A DNA stretch of 64,000 nucleotides from a virus. Shown here piece by piece: positions 46,636 through 55,791 of the stretch (within the stretch, counting starts at the first letter, position 1; each line of letters opens with the position of its first letter). Under the pieces are notes generated by a model. That model was not told the DNA's origin, made no database searches, and saw only the letters and a list, made by a program, of their open reading frames with translations. The stretch lies in the IMG/VR virus record IMGVR_UViG_643692018_000001, positions 30,684 through 94,683 of that record; one strand, 5' to 3'. Made by a program: the position numbers and the translations under genes.

Positions 46636-48891
46636 CTATGCGGCCGTCTGGGGTGCGGTCAGCTGGGCCCTCAGCTTCTCAACGTGACGCCCCCACAAGT
46701 GGCGGGACGAGTACACGGCGTACCGCATGGCGTCGCAGTTGTGGGTGACCAAGCCCTCGGCGAGGTAAGTGTGTGCCCCGGCAACGGTGAGGTTATACAC
46801 CGGCTCGGTTCTTTCTTCTTCGGTAACCTCCAGCACACGCACGGGAACAGCACGCAGCTCGGGAATACTTACTGGTTGTGAACTCTTCACCGCAGTAGGC
46901 GCAGGTTCGTTGCTCATTATCGACACCGGATGCGCGTCGCCAAGCGGACTTGCAAGAGTTGCTACAGAATCGGGCGATTCTATTAGTTGCTGCGACCGTG
47001 AAGCAGGTACCGCAGTGTTCACACGTGTATTGACGCTCAACGAGACACTTGCCGAGTGAGTTAGCCCAGTGCCGGGAGTGCCACTCGTGCCCTTCGCTGC
47101 TGGCGTGCCATTCCTTTGTAAGTTCACGGATACGGGCAAGATGCTGCTGGTTGCTGCCTGCCCACTCCGGATCAGACTGGTTGATGCCCGCATGGTAGCG
47201 AGAGTGCTCCGAAGCGCTAACGAGTTGAAGATTCTCAGGCCGGTTGTCCAAGGTGTCATGGTTGATGTGGTGGACGTGATAGCCTTCCGGGATTTCTTCT
47301 CGGTTGTGGTGGTCGCGCCAGATTTCGCGGTGAAGGTAATCGACTCCGCGTTGTTTGTCCCCAACGCCGGGCACGAAGTATTTGCGGTGTGCGGGCACTG
47401 GCGAATCTGGGTAGCGGCGGAATCGGATTCCTTTGTAGGTGATGGTTTCGGAGCGTGCCATGAGGTTAGTGCTTGTCCTTTCTGAATGTCCCCAAGTTGC
47501 ACCCACTGGCCGTTAACGAGCATGGGGTGGTTCGGGGTGCCGGTGATGCTTCTGCCGTCTGATAGATGAAGCGTGATGGTGTGTGCAGCCGGGTTGGTCA
47601 TCTCGTGCGCAGCAATTGGGAACACGCCCAGGGGCGTGGCCACGAGGTCACCGACGTTGAGGGTGTCTAAGCGTTGTGGGCCGGTTGGGGTGGCGATCAT
47701 TGTGCTGCCGACCAGGCAGTGGTCGTCTAGTTCCTTTACCGGGGCGTCCTTGCCGCGTTCTGCCGCTGAGGCGTCCCACCTGTAGCCGGGTATCTCCTCA
47801 ATGAGTCTCTTGCAGTCCTGGGCGATGGTGAGTGCCCCGCTGGTGAGTAGCGAGTCAACCTGCCGGATACCATCAACAACGCTGTTATCAGCCTTAGTAG
47901 TCCTGACTTTTCGGCGGCGGAGCTCCTCATGGAATGAGGCGGCGGCAGGGTCGATATATAGACCCTTAGGCTGGTTCGGTAGGGTGCTCAGCCACTCTTG
48001 TAGGGAGTCCGCTAGTTCTCCGTCTGTGAGGCGTGTACGGCCCCCTAGGCCCGTTGTTTGAGGCGACCACTCGTGTGTTACCTGTAGCCCGTCCTCGGTC
48101 ACGGTGAGCGCGTACCCAGCCGAAGGGTGATTGGTTCCGTAGTCAATTCCGACAGCCAGCACAGTCCCCACGGCCCGGCCTTTCACCATGGTGTCCGGGT
48201 CCCATGATTCATACACCGCGCCCTCGGCAGCGGCCCACTCGCCCCGAATCATGCGGCGGTAGAAGATACCCGTATAGGACGCCTTCATGCGCTCCTTGTA
48301 CTCCTCGGTGAGGCCTGGGTTATCGTCCATTGTGAACAGGCGGGCGTAGGTGTCGGTCTCGCCCGGCTTGTCGATAAAGTTCGTCTTGAGGTAGTGGGCC
48401 GGTGTTGCCGGGTTGGTGGTGGCGAACACTCGAGGGGGGTTTGGGTTGCCCGTGGCGCGCATGCGTGACCAGAGCATTTCCCACACGTTTTCCGGGCAAA
48501 GAGTCAACTCGTCATAAAAGAGGAGCTGGTAGGTGCCGCCTCGAATCCTGCCCTCAGCCCCCTGGTCGTTCACCCCGATGACCTGAACCTCGCGGCCGAA
48601 GATGGTAGCCGTCGGGTTGCGCCTCACGTAGTGGATGAAGGGGGCGGCGGTCGCAAAGATAGGCTCCGTCTGCAGGGGCATGAACACGTTCTGGTAGATC
48701 GCGTCAAGTGATTTTCCGCAGATGACGATACTGCCGGACTTACCGGCCTGCTTTATCTCTCCGAGCATCATGAATAGCCAGGCGAGTGTCTTACCGGATG
48801 ACACGGAGCCGTACCAGATATTGAGGGCGTGGGTTGAGTGTGCGATAGCGGTGACCTGCCCCCGCGAGAAACGGAAACCCTCGTTACTCAT
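46636..48891 (-). CDS. terL: terminase large subunit containing an intein
   Basis: GSVSSGKT, FYDE, ATTNP, GIDYG, YIDPAA, DDH|CDAMRY. Confidence 0.95.
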   Translation of the reverse strand: MSNEGFRFSRGQVTAIAHSTHALNIWYGSVSSGKTLAWLFMMLGEIKQAGKSGSIVICGKSLDAIYQNVFMPLQTEPIFATAAPFIHYVRRNPTATIFGREVQVIGVNDQGAEGRIRGGTYQLLFYDELTLCPENVWEMLWSRMRATGNPNPPRVFATTNPATPAHYLKTNFIDKPGETDTYARLFTMDDNPGLTEEYKERMKASYTGIFYRRMIRGEWAAAEGAVYESWDPDTMVKGRAVGTVLAVGIDYGTNHPSAGYALTVTEDGLQVTHEWSPQTTGLGGRTRLTDGELADSLQEWLSTLPNQPKGLYIDPAAASFHEELRRRKVRTTKADNSVVDGIRQVDSLLTSGALTIAQDCKRLIEEIPGYRWDASAAERGKDAPVKELDDHCLVGSTMIATPTGPQRLDTLNVGDLVATPLGVFPIAAHEMTNPAAHTITLHLSDGRSITGTPNHPMLVNGQWVQLGDIQKGQALTSWHAPKPSPTKESDSAATQIRQCPHTANTSCPALGTNNAESITFTAKSGATTTTEKKSRKAITSTTSTMTPWTTGLRIFNSLALRSTLATMRASTSLIRSGQAATSSILPVSVNLQRNGTPAAKGTSGTPGTGLTHSASVSLSVNTRVNTAVPASRSQQLIESPDSVATLASPLGDAHPVSIMSNEPAPTAVKSSQPVSIPELRAVPVRVLEVTEEERTEPVYNLTVAGAHTYLAEGLVTHNCDAMRYAVYSSRHLWGRHVEKLRAQLTAPQTAA
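46738..47718 (-). mobile_element. intein, 327 aa, class 1
   Basis: CLVGSTMIATPTG; ITGTPNHPML; VYNLTVAGAHTYLAEGLVTHN/C. Confidence 0.95.
46793..47461 (-). CDS. out-of-frame nested HNH endonuclease with zinc ribbons
   Basis: YLHREIW..IPEGYHVHHINHDTLDNRPENLQLV..EHSRYH; CEHC/FCSNSC; CAYC/CCSRAC. Confidence 0.88.
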   Translation of the reverse strand: MARSETITYKGIRFRRYPDSPVPAHRKYFVPGVGDKQRGVDYLHREIWRDHHNREEIPEGYHVHHINHDTLDNRPENLQLVSASEHSRYHAGINQSDPEWAGSNQQHLARIRELTKEWHASSEGHEWHSRHWANSLGKCLVERQYTCEHCGTCFTVAATNRIARFCSNSCKSAWRRASGVDNEQRTCAYCGEEFTTSKYSRAACCSRACAGGYRRRKNRAGV

Positions 48892-49306
48892 CGTCTAGCG
48901 TCGCACCCATAGCCTCGATACTTGCCCGGAAGCTTGTGATAGCCGAGGCGAACTCATCACCGCCTGTAACCTCAATGTCGAGCTTCACGGCGCCCTCCAG
49001 CCCCCATAGTTGGGCGAGTTGCTTATTAATGTCGAGGATAAGGCGGGCGGCCTTAATGTCCCCATCCAGTGCTCGTTTCCAGTAGGCGGCGTGTAGGCGG
49101 TTGAGACGCCTGGTGAGTTTAGCGAAGACGTGCCGAGCCTGGTCTGGCCGGGCATCCTCCATGGCTCGCTCGTAGTCGTTCCTAGCCTGCGTGTAGCTAA
49201 TTCCGAGCTGCTTTGCGATGACCTCGAAGGTGGCTCCGCCGTCGTGCAGTGTGACGACTTTGGCGGCGCGTTCGGCGCGTTTAGGGGTCATGCCTCGTTT
49301 AGCCAT
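48884..49306 (-). CDS. terS: terminase small subunit
   Basis: N-terminal HTH (GATFEVIAKQLGIS); overlaps terL start. Confidence 0.75.
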   Translation of the reverse strand: MAKRGMTPKRAERAAKVVTLHDGGATFEVIAKQLGISYTQARNDYERAMEDARPDQARHVFAKLTRRLNRLHAAYWKRALDGDIKAARLILDINKQLAQLWGLEGAVKLDIEVTGGDEFASAITSFRASIEAMGATLDDE

Positions 49307-49364
49307 TGGTGTCTCCTATTTAGCTTATTATCAGTAGTTCATGGGGTCAGATGATGCTTGGGTG

Positions 49365-49673
49365 CTACTGGTTCTTGTGGGTTCCTTTCCAGATGCGTTG
49401 TATCCCGCCGTGTCGTGGCCCGTGGGTTGATTGCCTGTATCCGATGGGGGTGATGGTCCCGTTGGTTCTCCAGGCGGAGAAGAGGCCGCCCCAGGCGTTG
49501 TTGTGTGCTGGGGTGAGTCCGTCGGGTATGAGGGCGCGTACATCGTCGGCGGTGAAGGGCTGGCCGGTGGCGGCTAGTTGTTTGATTGCTTTGTCGGCGT
49601 GGTGTGCCCAGTCTCCGAGGGCGTGGCATTCCCGCATGTATGGGGCTTGTATGAGTTGCAGCTGTTCCATCAT
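49365..49673 (-). CDS. phage protein (homolog of 15516-15839)
   Basis: Shared motifs. Confidence 0.6.
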   Translation of the reverse strand: MMEQLQLIQAPYMRECHALGDWAHHADKAIKQLAATGQPFTADDVRALIPDGLTPAHNNAWGGLFSAWRTNGTITPIGYRQSTHGPRHGGIQRIWKGTHKNQ

Positions 49674-49920
49674 GGCTGAGTGTGCCGGGCGGGGTGTCGC
49701 GGTCGGTTTAGCCTTCTTTCTCCTCGGCGTAGTGCATGGCGGTGTAGGTGGTTTGGCGGCGGACGATGCGGACGTCCGGGATGCCACTCATGGTGTGGAT
49801 TGGTGCGGTTCCTCTTGCCTGGCCGAGGGTTGCGTGTTCGGAGAGGATCACCATCTTCCTGTGGTTGAAGCGGTCCCCTTGCTTGCTCACGCATAGCCAT
49901 GTGGTGTCGGTGTGGCTCAT
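49670..49920 (-). CDS. small phage protein (MSHTDTTW..., stop near 49708)
   Basis: ATGA coupling with upstream ORF; end approximate. Confidence 0.4.
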
Positions 49921-50102
49921 GGGGCGTCTCGGTAGTCGATGGTTTTCCACACGCCGGGGGCGTAGGTGCGGGTGGTGTCGCCGTTCTTGTCTATGATGTT
50001 GAGCTCTCCCGCCTCCCCGATTGTTGCGGTGAGGGCGTCCCAGCGTTCCTCCTCCCAGACGGTTACGACCCCAGTCTGGACGTAGGTGACGATGATGTTC
50101 AC
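49917..50102 (-). CDS. small phage protein
   Basis: Coupled 61 aa ORF. Confidence 0.5.
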   Translation of the reverse strand: MNIIVTYVQTGVVTVWEEERWDALTATIGEAGELNIIDKNGDTTRTYAPGVWKTIDYRDAP

Positions 50103-50728
50103 TAGCCCGCCTCCTGCCCGTTGTGGTCGAGGAGGTACTCGAGAGCTTCCTCATCGCTGTCGAAAGCGGTGGTGTGCGTGAGCCATTGCCGTGCAAGGTG
50201 CGGGGGAAGTTGTAGCCGTACGGTGATGAAGTCCTCGTAGGGGTTCGTCACGTCCTCCTGGGGCGGTTCCTCTGCGGGGTTGAGGGCGTCCTCTAGGGCG
50301 GTGAGGTCTTCCTGCGTGTAGCCGGTGGCGTCGAGGTCTGGGAGCCAGTCAAGGAGGTCGAGTAGGGCCTCGTCGTTGTAGGTGGCCTCGTCGGATGTTT
50401 TGTTGTCCACGAGGACGATCTCAGCGGCTTGGGTGGCGTCAACGTCGATGATGTAGCAGGGCACCATGAGGTGTGGCTGGTCTAGGCCCTCTTCCTGGGC
50501 CTCCGCGTTCAGCTCGCGCATCGCGGCGAGCGTGTGATTCCCAGCGAGCACGGCCCACTCCTCCCCGGTTTGCGTGCCGGTGTTCACAAGGAGTGGCTTA
50601 AACTGCCCGTGGCTCTTGAGACTGTTTTTAATCGCCGGGATACTGCCCTTGCGTGGGTTCCGGCTGTAGTTGCGGAGCTGCTCGATGGGGAGGTGTTCGA
50701 GGTGCCCCGTGGTGTCCTTTGCTTCCAT
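50102..50728 (-). CDS. ParB/Srx N-terminal domain protein
   Basis: YSRNPRKG, VLAGNHT, IVLVDNKT. Confidence 0.85.
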   Translation of the reverse strand: MEAKDTTGHLEHLPIEQLRNYSRNPRKGSIPAIKNSLKSHGQFKPLLVNTGTQTGEEWAVLAGNHTLAAMRELNAEAQEEGLDQPHLMVPCYIIDVDATQAAEIVLVDNKTSDEATYNDEALLDLLDWLPDLDATGYTQEDLTALEDALNPAEEPPQEDVTNPYEDFITVRLQLPPHLARQWLTHTTAFDSDEEALEYLLDHNGQEAG

Positions 50729-50875
50729 GATGCTGAGTGTCGGACACTATGGGGGGCGGTCAGCCGGGGGCTACGGTTGAGCGGGGTAGGCTCAGGTTTG
50801 TGGCGGCTCCGTCAAACGCCTCCTGCATGGCGGCTATCGCCGGTTGCGGGTCCCAGGGGTCGTTAGCCTCGGCGG

Positions 50876-51505
50876 TCACGGTAGCTCCAGTAGCTCGGGC
50901 CGGTAGAGGGGCTTTGAGTCTAGGGACGGCTCCCATGTTGCCTTCCTTTCGTCCTGTGGTTGGTAGGGGACGTTCCCGGCGTCTACGGCGTCGGCGGTGT
51001 CGACCACCATCTCTACCCCGAGGGGGAATAGGTATTCGCGCCAGATTTCGGAGGCGGTGAGGTGGGGCGGGAGGATTACATGGCGCTGGGCGGCGATTGG
51101 GCCGCCGTCTACGTTGTCGGTGAGGTGGTAGATAGTGCCCCCGGTGACGCGCTCGTTCATGCGGGCGGTCCACTCGACGGCGGCGCGGCCCCTGTGGAGG
51201 GGTAGGAGGCTGGGGTGGTAGCCGAGGGCGTAGGGGGCGCGGGCGCGGGTTTTTCTGCCTACGAAGGCGTGGGAGTGGGCGGTGAGGATGAGGTCCGTGC
51301 CGTCGGGGATGTCGTCGGCCCGTAGTAGGGCGTTGGAGGTGCGGGGTAGGTGGCGGCTCATGGCCCAGTTGGTGAGGGCTTCGCCCCGCCCGCCGCGTCC
51401 TTCTTCGGGGGCGGCGATGCCGAGGAGTGTGTGCCCGGCGTTGGTGAGGGCCTGGGCGCAGGCCGCGCCGAATGCGCCTGAACCGGCGAGGTAGATTTTT
51501 GCCAT
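50876..51505 (-). CDS. formyltransferase (Fmt-like N domain)
   Basis: YHPSLLPLHRG, GGTIY, VDGGPI. Confidence 0.88.
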   Translation of the reverse strand: MAKIYLAGSGAFGAACAQALTNAGHTLLGIAAPEEGRGGRGEALTNWAMSRHLPRTSNALLRADDIPDGTDLILTAHSHAFVGRKTRARAPYALGYHPSLLPLHRGRAAVEWTARMNERVTGGTIYHLTDNVDGGPIAAQRHVILPPHLTASEIWREYLFPLGVEMVVDTADAVDAGNVPYQPQDERKATWEPSLDSKPLYRPELLELP

Positions 51506-52693
51506 TTATGGGGTGCCTTTCTTGTAGTTGTCGCCGTAGTAGCGGAAGCCTTGGACGGCGCGGAGGTGGCCGCCGTATCCAAGTTTTCTACCCCGGCTGG
51601 AGGTTGCGGCCATTGAGGTCTCCGACCTTCCCTTGTTTACGCCGGAGGTCATGCTGGACACCTGTCGCCACTTCCCGGAGTGCCGGAGGTACCCGCAGAG
51701 CGCCGGGTGGGAGGTGTGGAACACCGTTGTCATTTTGCGGCCCGGGAGTACCCCGTTACCGTCGAGCTGAATCTGGCAAACCGTGTTGAGGAACCGTGTA
51801 CCCACCCCGGCCCCCTGCCACTCGGGCATCGTGACCATGCGGCAGGCGCGGGCCTCAACCGCCTGTAGGCGTCTGCCGTTACGCCTCACGGGTACGTTCC
51901 GTGTTCCCACGCCGAGGTGTACTACCGGCTCGCCATCTACGAAACCGGCGTAGCACTTCGCCATTGGCATAGGGCCGGAGTCTAGGTAGTGATGCGGCTT
52001 AAAAAGCGGCCATAGCTCCCACCCGCCCATCCGGATCTCCACGTCGATCCTTGGCCTTTTAAAGTGTTGAACCCCCTCCCGTCCACGGAACTCGCCCGTT
52101 GCCGTATCAAATACCCAGTCGGGCTCCAGCCAATCCAGGACGTCGTAGTGGCAGGAAAGTAGTACGGCCTTACCCGGCCCACGCCGCCAGCCCTTGGCGA
52201 ACGCCCCCGCCCCGACCCTGGCGATCTGCCGGTCAACGACGGAGGAGAACTCGTCGATAATCACCCGGTCCGGACGCTCGGCCAGTATCTTCGCGAGGTC
52301 GGCCCGGAACTTCTGCCCGTTTGAGAGGACGTGATAGGGGCGTAGCCACGCGGGCACGTCGCCAAGCCCGGCCTGGGAGAGCGCCCCGGTTACCGCGTCG
52401 AAGTCCCCGCCGGGGGCGATACAGTCGACGATGGGCTTATCGTGCTCCCACCCGCTGGGCTCGTAGATGTGGCCGCCGCCGAAGAGCTGCCTTCCGATTG
52501 AGGTTTTCCCGGAGCCGGACGGCCCGACGACGACGCCGATTTGCCAGTCCCCGTCCTCCTCGACGCCGAGGGTGGCGTCAAGGGAGAAGTGTGTAGCCTG
52601 CTCACTTGTAGCGTTAAACATCGACTTAACGCGGTTTGCTCGGTATGTGTTTGAGTCGGCGCACCTATTGTTCACGGTGATTTCGATAGGCAC
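51506..52693 (-). CDS. ABC-type ATPase fused to GNAT acyltransferase
   Basis: GPSGSGKT, LSNGQ, IIDEF, SCH; RMVTMPEWQGAGVG acetyl-CoA motif. Confidence 0.88.
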   Translation of the reverse strand: MPIEITVNNRCADSNTYRANRVKSMFNATSEQATHFSLDATLGVEEDGDWQIGVVVGPSGSGKTSIGRQLFGGGHIYEPSGWEHDKPIVDCIAPGGDFDAVTGALSQAGLGDVPAWLRPYHVLSNGQKFRADLAKILAERPDRVIIDEFSSVVDRQIARVGAGAFAKGWRRGPGKAVLLSCHYDVLDWLEPDWVFDTATGEFRGREGVQHFKRPRIDVEIRMGGWELWPLFKPHHYLDSGPMPMAKCYAGFVDGEPVVHLGVGTRNVPVRRNGRRLQAVEARACRMVTMPEWQGAGVGTRFLNTVCQIQLDGNGVLPGRKMTTVFHTSHPALCGYLRHSGKWRQVSSMTSGVNKGRSETSMAATSSRGRKLGYGGHLRAVQGFRYYGDNYKKGTP

Positions 52694-53311
52694 TTAGACG
52701 GTCACCACCTTGCAGTCGTAGCCCTCCCCGGTTAGGCGGTTAAACACCTTCTCTTGTTCCTCGGCGTCGGAGCACACGACGGTGACGGCGTATGTTTCCC
52801 GGTAGGTGTCGGTGTCCGGCTCGTCGAGTAGCCCCGCGCTGCCGGGCGCCTCACCGTTTTCCTCCACAAGGGATCGGAGGTCGTCTACGTCTCCGTAATC
52901 GTAGCCCGTACCGTCGAGGTCGTAGTCCACGGTTTCGAGAAGACCGAGTAGCTCCTCGTTGTCGTATGAGCCGAGGTCTGCGGTGCGGTTGTCCGCCAGA
53001 ACGATGCGGGCGGCGCGTTCACTATCAACGTCCACCATCCACACATCTACATGCTGCCAACGCGCATCGTCGGGGTGTTCCTCGGCAAGCTCACGAATTG
53101 CTTTCGCCGTGTGATTACCGGCTAGAATTTCGTTCGGCTTGTCGGTGTAGGTTCCCTTGTTGACGACTACGGGCCGGAAGATGCCGTTAGCTACGATGCT
53201 TCCTTTGATTGCCTGGGTGTCGCCCACCCTTGGATTCTTGTGATATAGGTTGAGGTCTGTTAGTGGCACGCGTTGTGGGGTGCCGATGTTCGCTGTGTCC
53301 TTTTCCGTCAT
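52694..53311 (-). CDS. ParB/Srx N-terminal domain protein
   Basis: YHKNPRVG, ILAGNHT, IVLADNRT. Confidence 0.85.
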   Translation of the reverse strand: MTEKDTANIGTPQRVPLTDLNLYHKNPRVGDTQAIKGSIVANGIFRPVVVNKGTYTDKPNEILAGNHTAKAIRELAEEHPDDARWQHVDVWMVDVDSERAARIVLADNRTADLGSYDNEELLGLLETVDYDLDGTGYDYGDVDDLRSLVEENGEAPGSAGLLDEPDTDTYRETYAVTVVCSDAEEQEKVFNRLTGEGYDCKVVTV

Positions 53312-53357
53312 GCCTACGCAGGCTAGGGAGGCTCCCCCGGCGGTCAGCGGAAACCCG

Positions 53358-53597
53358 CTAAAGTTTCTCGGCCCACACAGAATCCCCCTCGGATATAAGC
53401 CGCCAGCCGTAACTCTTAAACAGCCACCTCAGCTCCCACGTGCGTAGGGTATGCCAATCCCCCGGGCTAGACGGGCTATCTACGAGACAACCAGCGGGGA
53501 TATAGAACCAGTCCACTGTCTTCAGCGTGTCGCCGTCTAGCGCCCTGATTTCGGCGACCTGCGGGTGGTTGAAGTTGAACCAGACGTCGTACCTCAT
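53358..53597 (-). CDS. small phage protein
   Basis: ATGA coupling. Confidence 0.5.
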   Translation of the reverse strand: MRYDVWFNFNHPQVAEIRALDGDTLKTVDWFYIPAGCLVDSPSSPGDWHTLRTWELRWLFKSYGWRLISEGDSVWAEKL

Positions 53598-54019
53598 GCC
53601 GCGTCGTCCTCGGTCTCGGCGTTGTTGAAGTACTCGACAATCATGTCCGCCGTGAGCTGAGAGATCGTTATCCCCCGGGCGTCGGCAAGCCAGCGCATGT
53701 GATCAATCGCCGGTGACGGTAGCCGGAAGCTTGTTTGCTCAGCGGTCCGGGTGTTCGCCACGACACGGTTCTCCGGCGTGTACTGAGTGTCGGAGGAGAG
53801 ATAGCCCAGGATGATTTCAATGAGCATCCCGTTTCGCGCTATCCCCCACTGATCGGCCGCGTCGCACACCCGACGCTTCAAGTGCGGCGGCAGGTGAAGC
53901 GTACAGATTTCCAGCTTCATGTGCTCAGCCGAACGCAGATAATTGAGCGTCTCATGGTCCGCGAGTAGTCCCCTGAACTCTTCACGTGAGTGCCAGAGGG
54001 GTGATTTTTTGATAGCCAT
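53594..54019 (-). CDS. tandem ribbon-helix-helix protein
   Basis: CTLHLP..AADQWGIARN; TSFRLP..LADARGITISQL. Confidence 0.65.
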   Translation of the reverse strand: MAIKKSPLWHSREEFRGLLADHETLNYLRSAEHMKLEICTLHLPPHLKRRVCDAADQWGIARNGMLIEIILGYLSSDTQYTPENRVVANTRTAEQTSFRLPSPAIDHMRWLADARGITISQLTADMIVEYFNNAETEDDAA

Positions 54020-54210
54020 TAGCAGCCCCCAAGCAGTGCGTCGTACTGGTCGCCGTTAACCTTTAGGCATCCCCTACCGATTTGGTCCCCCTCGTGGTAG
54101 AAGACGCCGATTAGTACGCCGGTCGGGTGCTTGCCGGTGGGGGTGAAGCTGAGTCCGTCGCCGAGGCGGTACACCTGTACCTCTTCGTTGAGGCGTTGCT
54201 CGATGCTCAT
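54019..54210 (-). CDS. small phage protein
   Basis: AGAAAGGA SD; TAATG coupling. Confidence 0.6.
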   Translation of the reverse strand: MSIEQRLNEEVQVYRLGDGLSFTPTGKHPTGVLIGVFYHEGDQIGRGCLKVNGDQYDALLGGC

Positions 54211-54309
54211 GGTGGTTCCTTTCTGCGTGGTGGTGTGCGCCGCTTGCAGGTGGCGCTAGTGCCCGTCAAGGACTCGAACCTTGATGTCCGCCAGTCGGGC
54301 CGTTGTGGC

Positions 54310-54582
54310 TTACGCCGGGAACTTCCGCACGATCTCCTTGACCTGCCCCGTAATCTTCAGGGCTACGTCCGCCGCGATGCTGATTTGGACGGCGTAGTCA
54401 TTTGCTTCATCTACGGTCATGGAGGAGAGGATCCTAGGGGTGACCTTGGCCTGGTCGTCTTCCCAGGTGATGTTCGCGGCAATATCGTCGCGCTGCTCGA
54501 TGTTCACGAAGTGCATGTTCTTATTGCCGGTGACGGTGATGGTCCAGCCGTTTACGGTGAGGGTGGTGGTCTGGGGGTTCAT
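54310..54582 (-). CDS. small phage protein (MNPQTTTL...)
   Basis: AGAAAGGA SD, own promoter and hairpin. Confidence 0.65.
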   Translation of the reverse strand: MNPQTTTLTVNGWTITVTGNKNMHFVNIEQRDDIAANITWEDDQAKVTPRILSSMTVDEANDYAVQISIAADVALKITGQVKEIVRKFPA

Positions 54583-54599
54583 TGTGATTCCTTTCTGCG

Positions 54600-54664
54600 G
54601 GCTCTTGCAGGAGCCTTTCTTGCTTACATACCCCAGTATATACGAGAGTTTACTGTTTGTAAAA
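54600..54664 (-). promoter_or_regulatory. promoter TTTACA-17-TATACT plus CUGCAA hairpin
   Basis: GGCTC-CTGCAA-GAGCC at 54600-54615; promoter repeated at ~57192-57220. Confidence 0.75.
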
Positions 54665-54673
54665 TTGAGGCAT

Positions 54674-55105
54674 CTACGCAGTGCTATCAGTGGAACCAAT
54701 ACCGTCAGAACCGCGCTCAGTGGCAGAAAGCTGCGGGACCTGGTTGAGTCGAACCTCCGGGATGGGGAGGATGACCAACTGTGCGATGTAGTGGCCTTCG
54801 GGGATGGTTTGCATGTGCCTGCCGGTGTTGTGCAACGAGAGCACGATTTCCCCGGTGTAGCCCGCGTCGATGATGCCGGTGCCATTGCTCAACACGAGGT
54901 GTTTCTTAATCCCCGTTGAGCTGCGCACGAACATCATGCCCACATGCCCCTTGGGGATTGCTACGTGCACTCCTGTGTGGCAGAGGCGGTGCTGGCCTGC
55001 TGGGATTACCGCCGGGTGATTCAGCGCCAGGTCTGTACCAGCGTCGTCGGTGTAGGCGCGGCGCGGCGGGTAAGCATGAGTATCGAGTGAATAGTTGACG
55101 TTCAT
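54674..55105 (-). CDS. dut: dUTPase
   Basis: AGTD, RSS, GIIDAGYTGE, IAQL, RGSDGIGST. Confidence 0.92.
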   Translation of the reverse strand: MNVNYSLDTHAYPPRRAYTDDAGTDLALNHPAVIPAGQHRLCHTGVHVAIPKGHVGMMFVRSSTGIKKHLVLSNGTGIIDAGYTGEIVLSLHNTGRHMQTIPEGHYIAQLVILPIPEVRLNQVPQLSATERGSDGIGSTDSTA

Positions 55106-55111
55106 TGGTTC

Positions 55112-55318
55112 CTAGGATTCGGGGTCAATAAGGACTGGTGCGGCGGCTGGGAGGGCGAAGCGCCCGTCACGGGTTGCGCCGGACACGTGGTCACCTTCTT
55201 GGGCGGCGTAGACCAGACGGTCAGGCACAAGGCGCGGGTCATAAGAATCTGGGTTGAGGACGATGCGGCAAACCTTGTATCGGGGTAGGTCTGCCGCTGT
55301 CATCCGCTGGTAGGGCAT
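55112..55318 (-). CDS. small phage protein
   Basis: 68 aa ORF in gene run. Confidence 0.45.
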   Translation of the reverse strand: MPYQRMTAADLPRYKVCRIVLNPDSYDPRLVPDRLVYAAQEGDHVSGATRDGRFALPAAAPVLIDPES

Positions 55319-55358
55319 CTATCTAAACTGGCGTCTAATAAGGGTTATAAGGTGTTCT

Positions 55359-55628
55359 TTACGATTCCTCGTACCAGAGGTCGAGGACATCCCACATAGG
55401 TTTCGGCTGAATCGGTTCGCCATAGTGGTCGCGCTTGTAGAACTGGTGGCAGCGGCGGAAGAGTCCCGGTTCCGGTTCCTCGAATTGAAGTTCTGGGGGT
55501 TCTGGCCGGTCGCGGCGTGCTTGGGTGCAGGATTCTACGGTGCCGTCCACCTTGACGCGCTGCACCTCCCCCACGAGGGGCTTGTACGGTGGCATGATGG
55601 TAGTGGTCCGGGTACAAAGCACGGTCAT
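55359..55628 (-). CDS. phage protein (homolog of 4326-4595)
   Basis: Shared sequence. Confidence 0.55.
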   Translation of the reverse strand: MTVLCTRTTTIMPPYKPLVGEVQRVKVDGTVESCTQARRDRPEPPELQFEEPEPGLFRRCHQFYKRDHYGEPIQPKPMWDVLDLWYEES

Positions 55629-55791
55629 GCGAACACCTTCAATAGCCACAGCAAGGCGTACACAGGATGATTCGGGTCAGCCAGACCACCATCCGGGGTG
55701 TAGGCGGTGGAGAGAATATCAATGATTTTGCTCACAAGATCTCCTTAGATAGGGGGAATAGTTTTCAAACTCGGCTCTCGTCCCACTCGGT

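Noticed and set aside
54880..54900. Possible protospacer for spacer 2 (GCTCAACACG in dut)
   Set aside because: Only 10 nt match; flanks disagree
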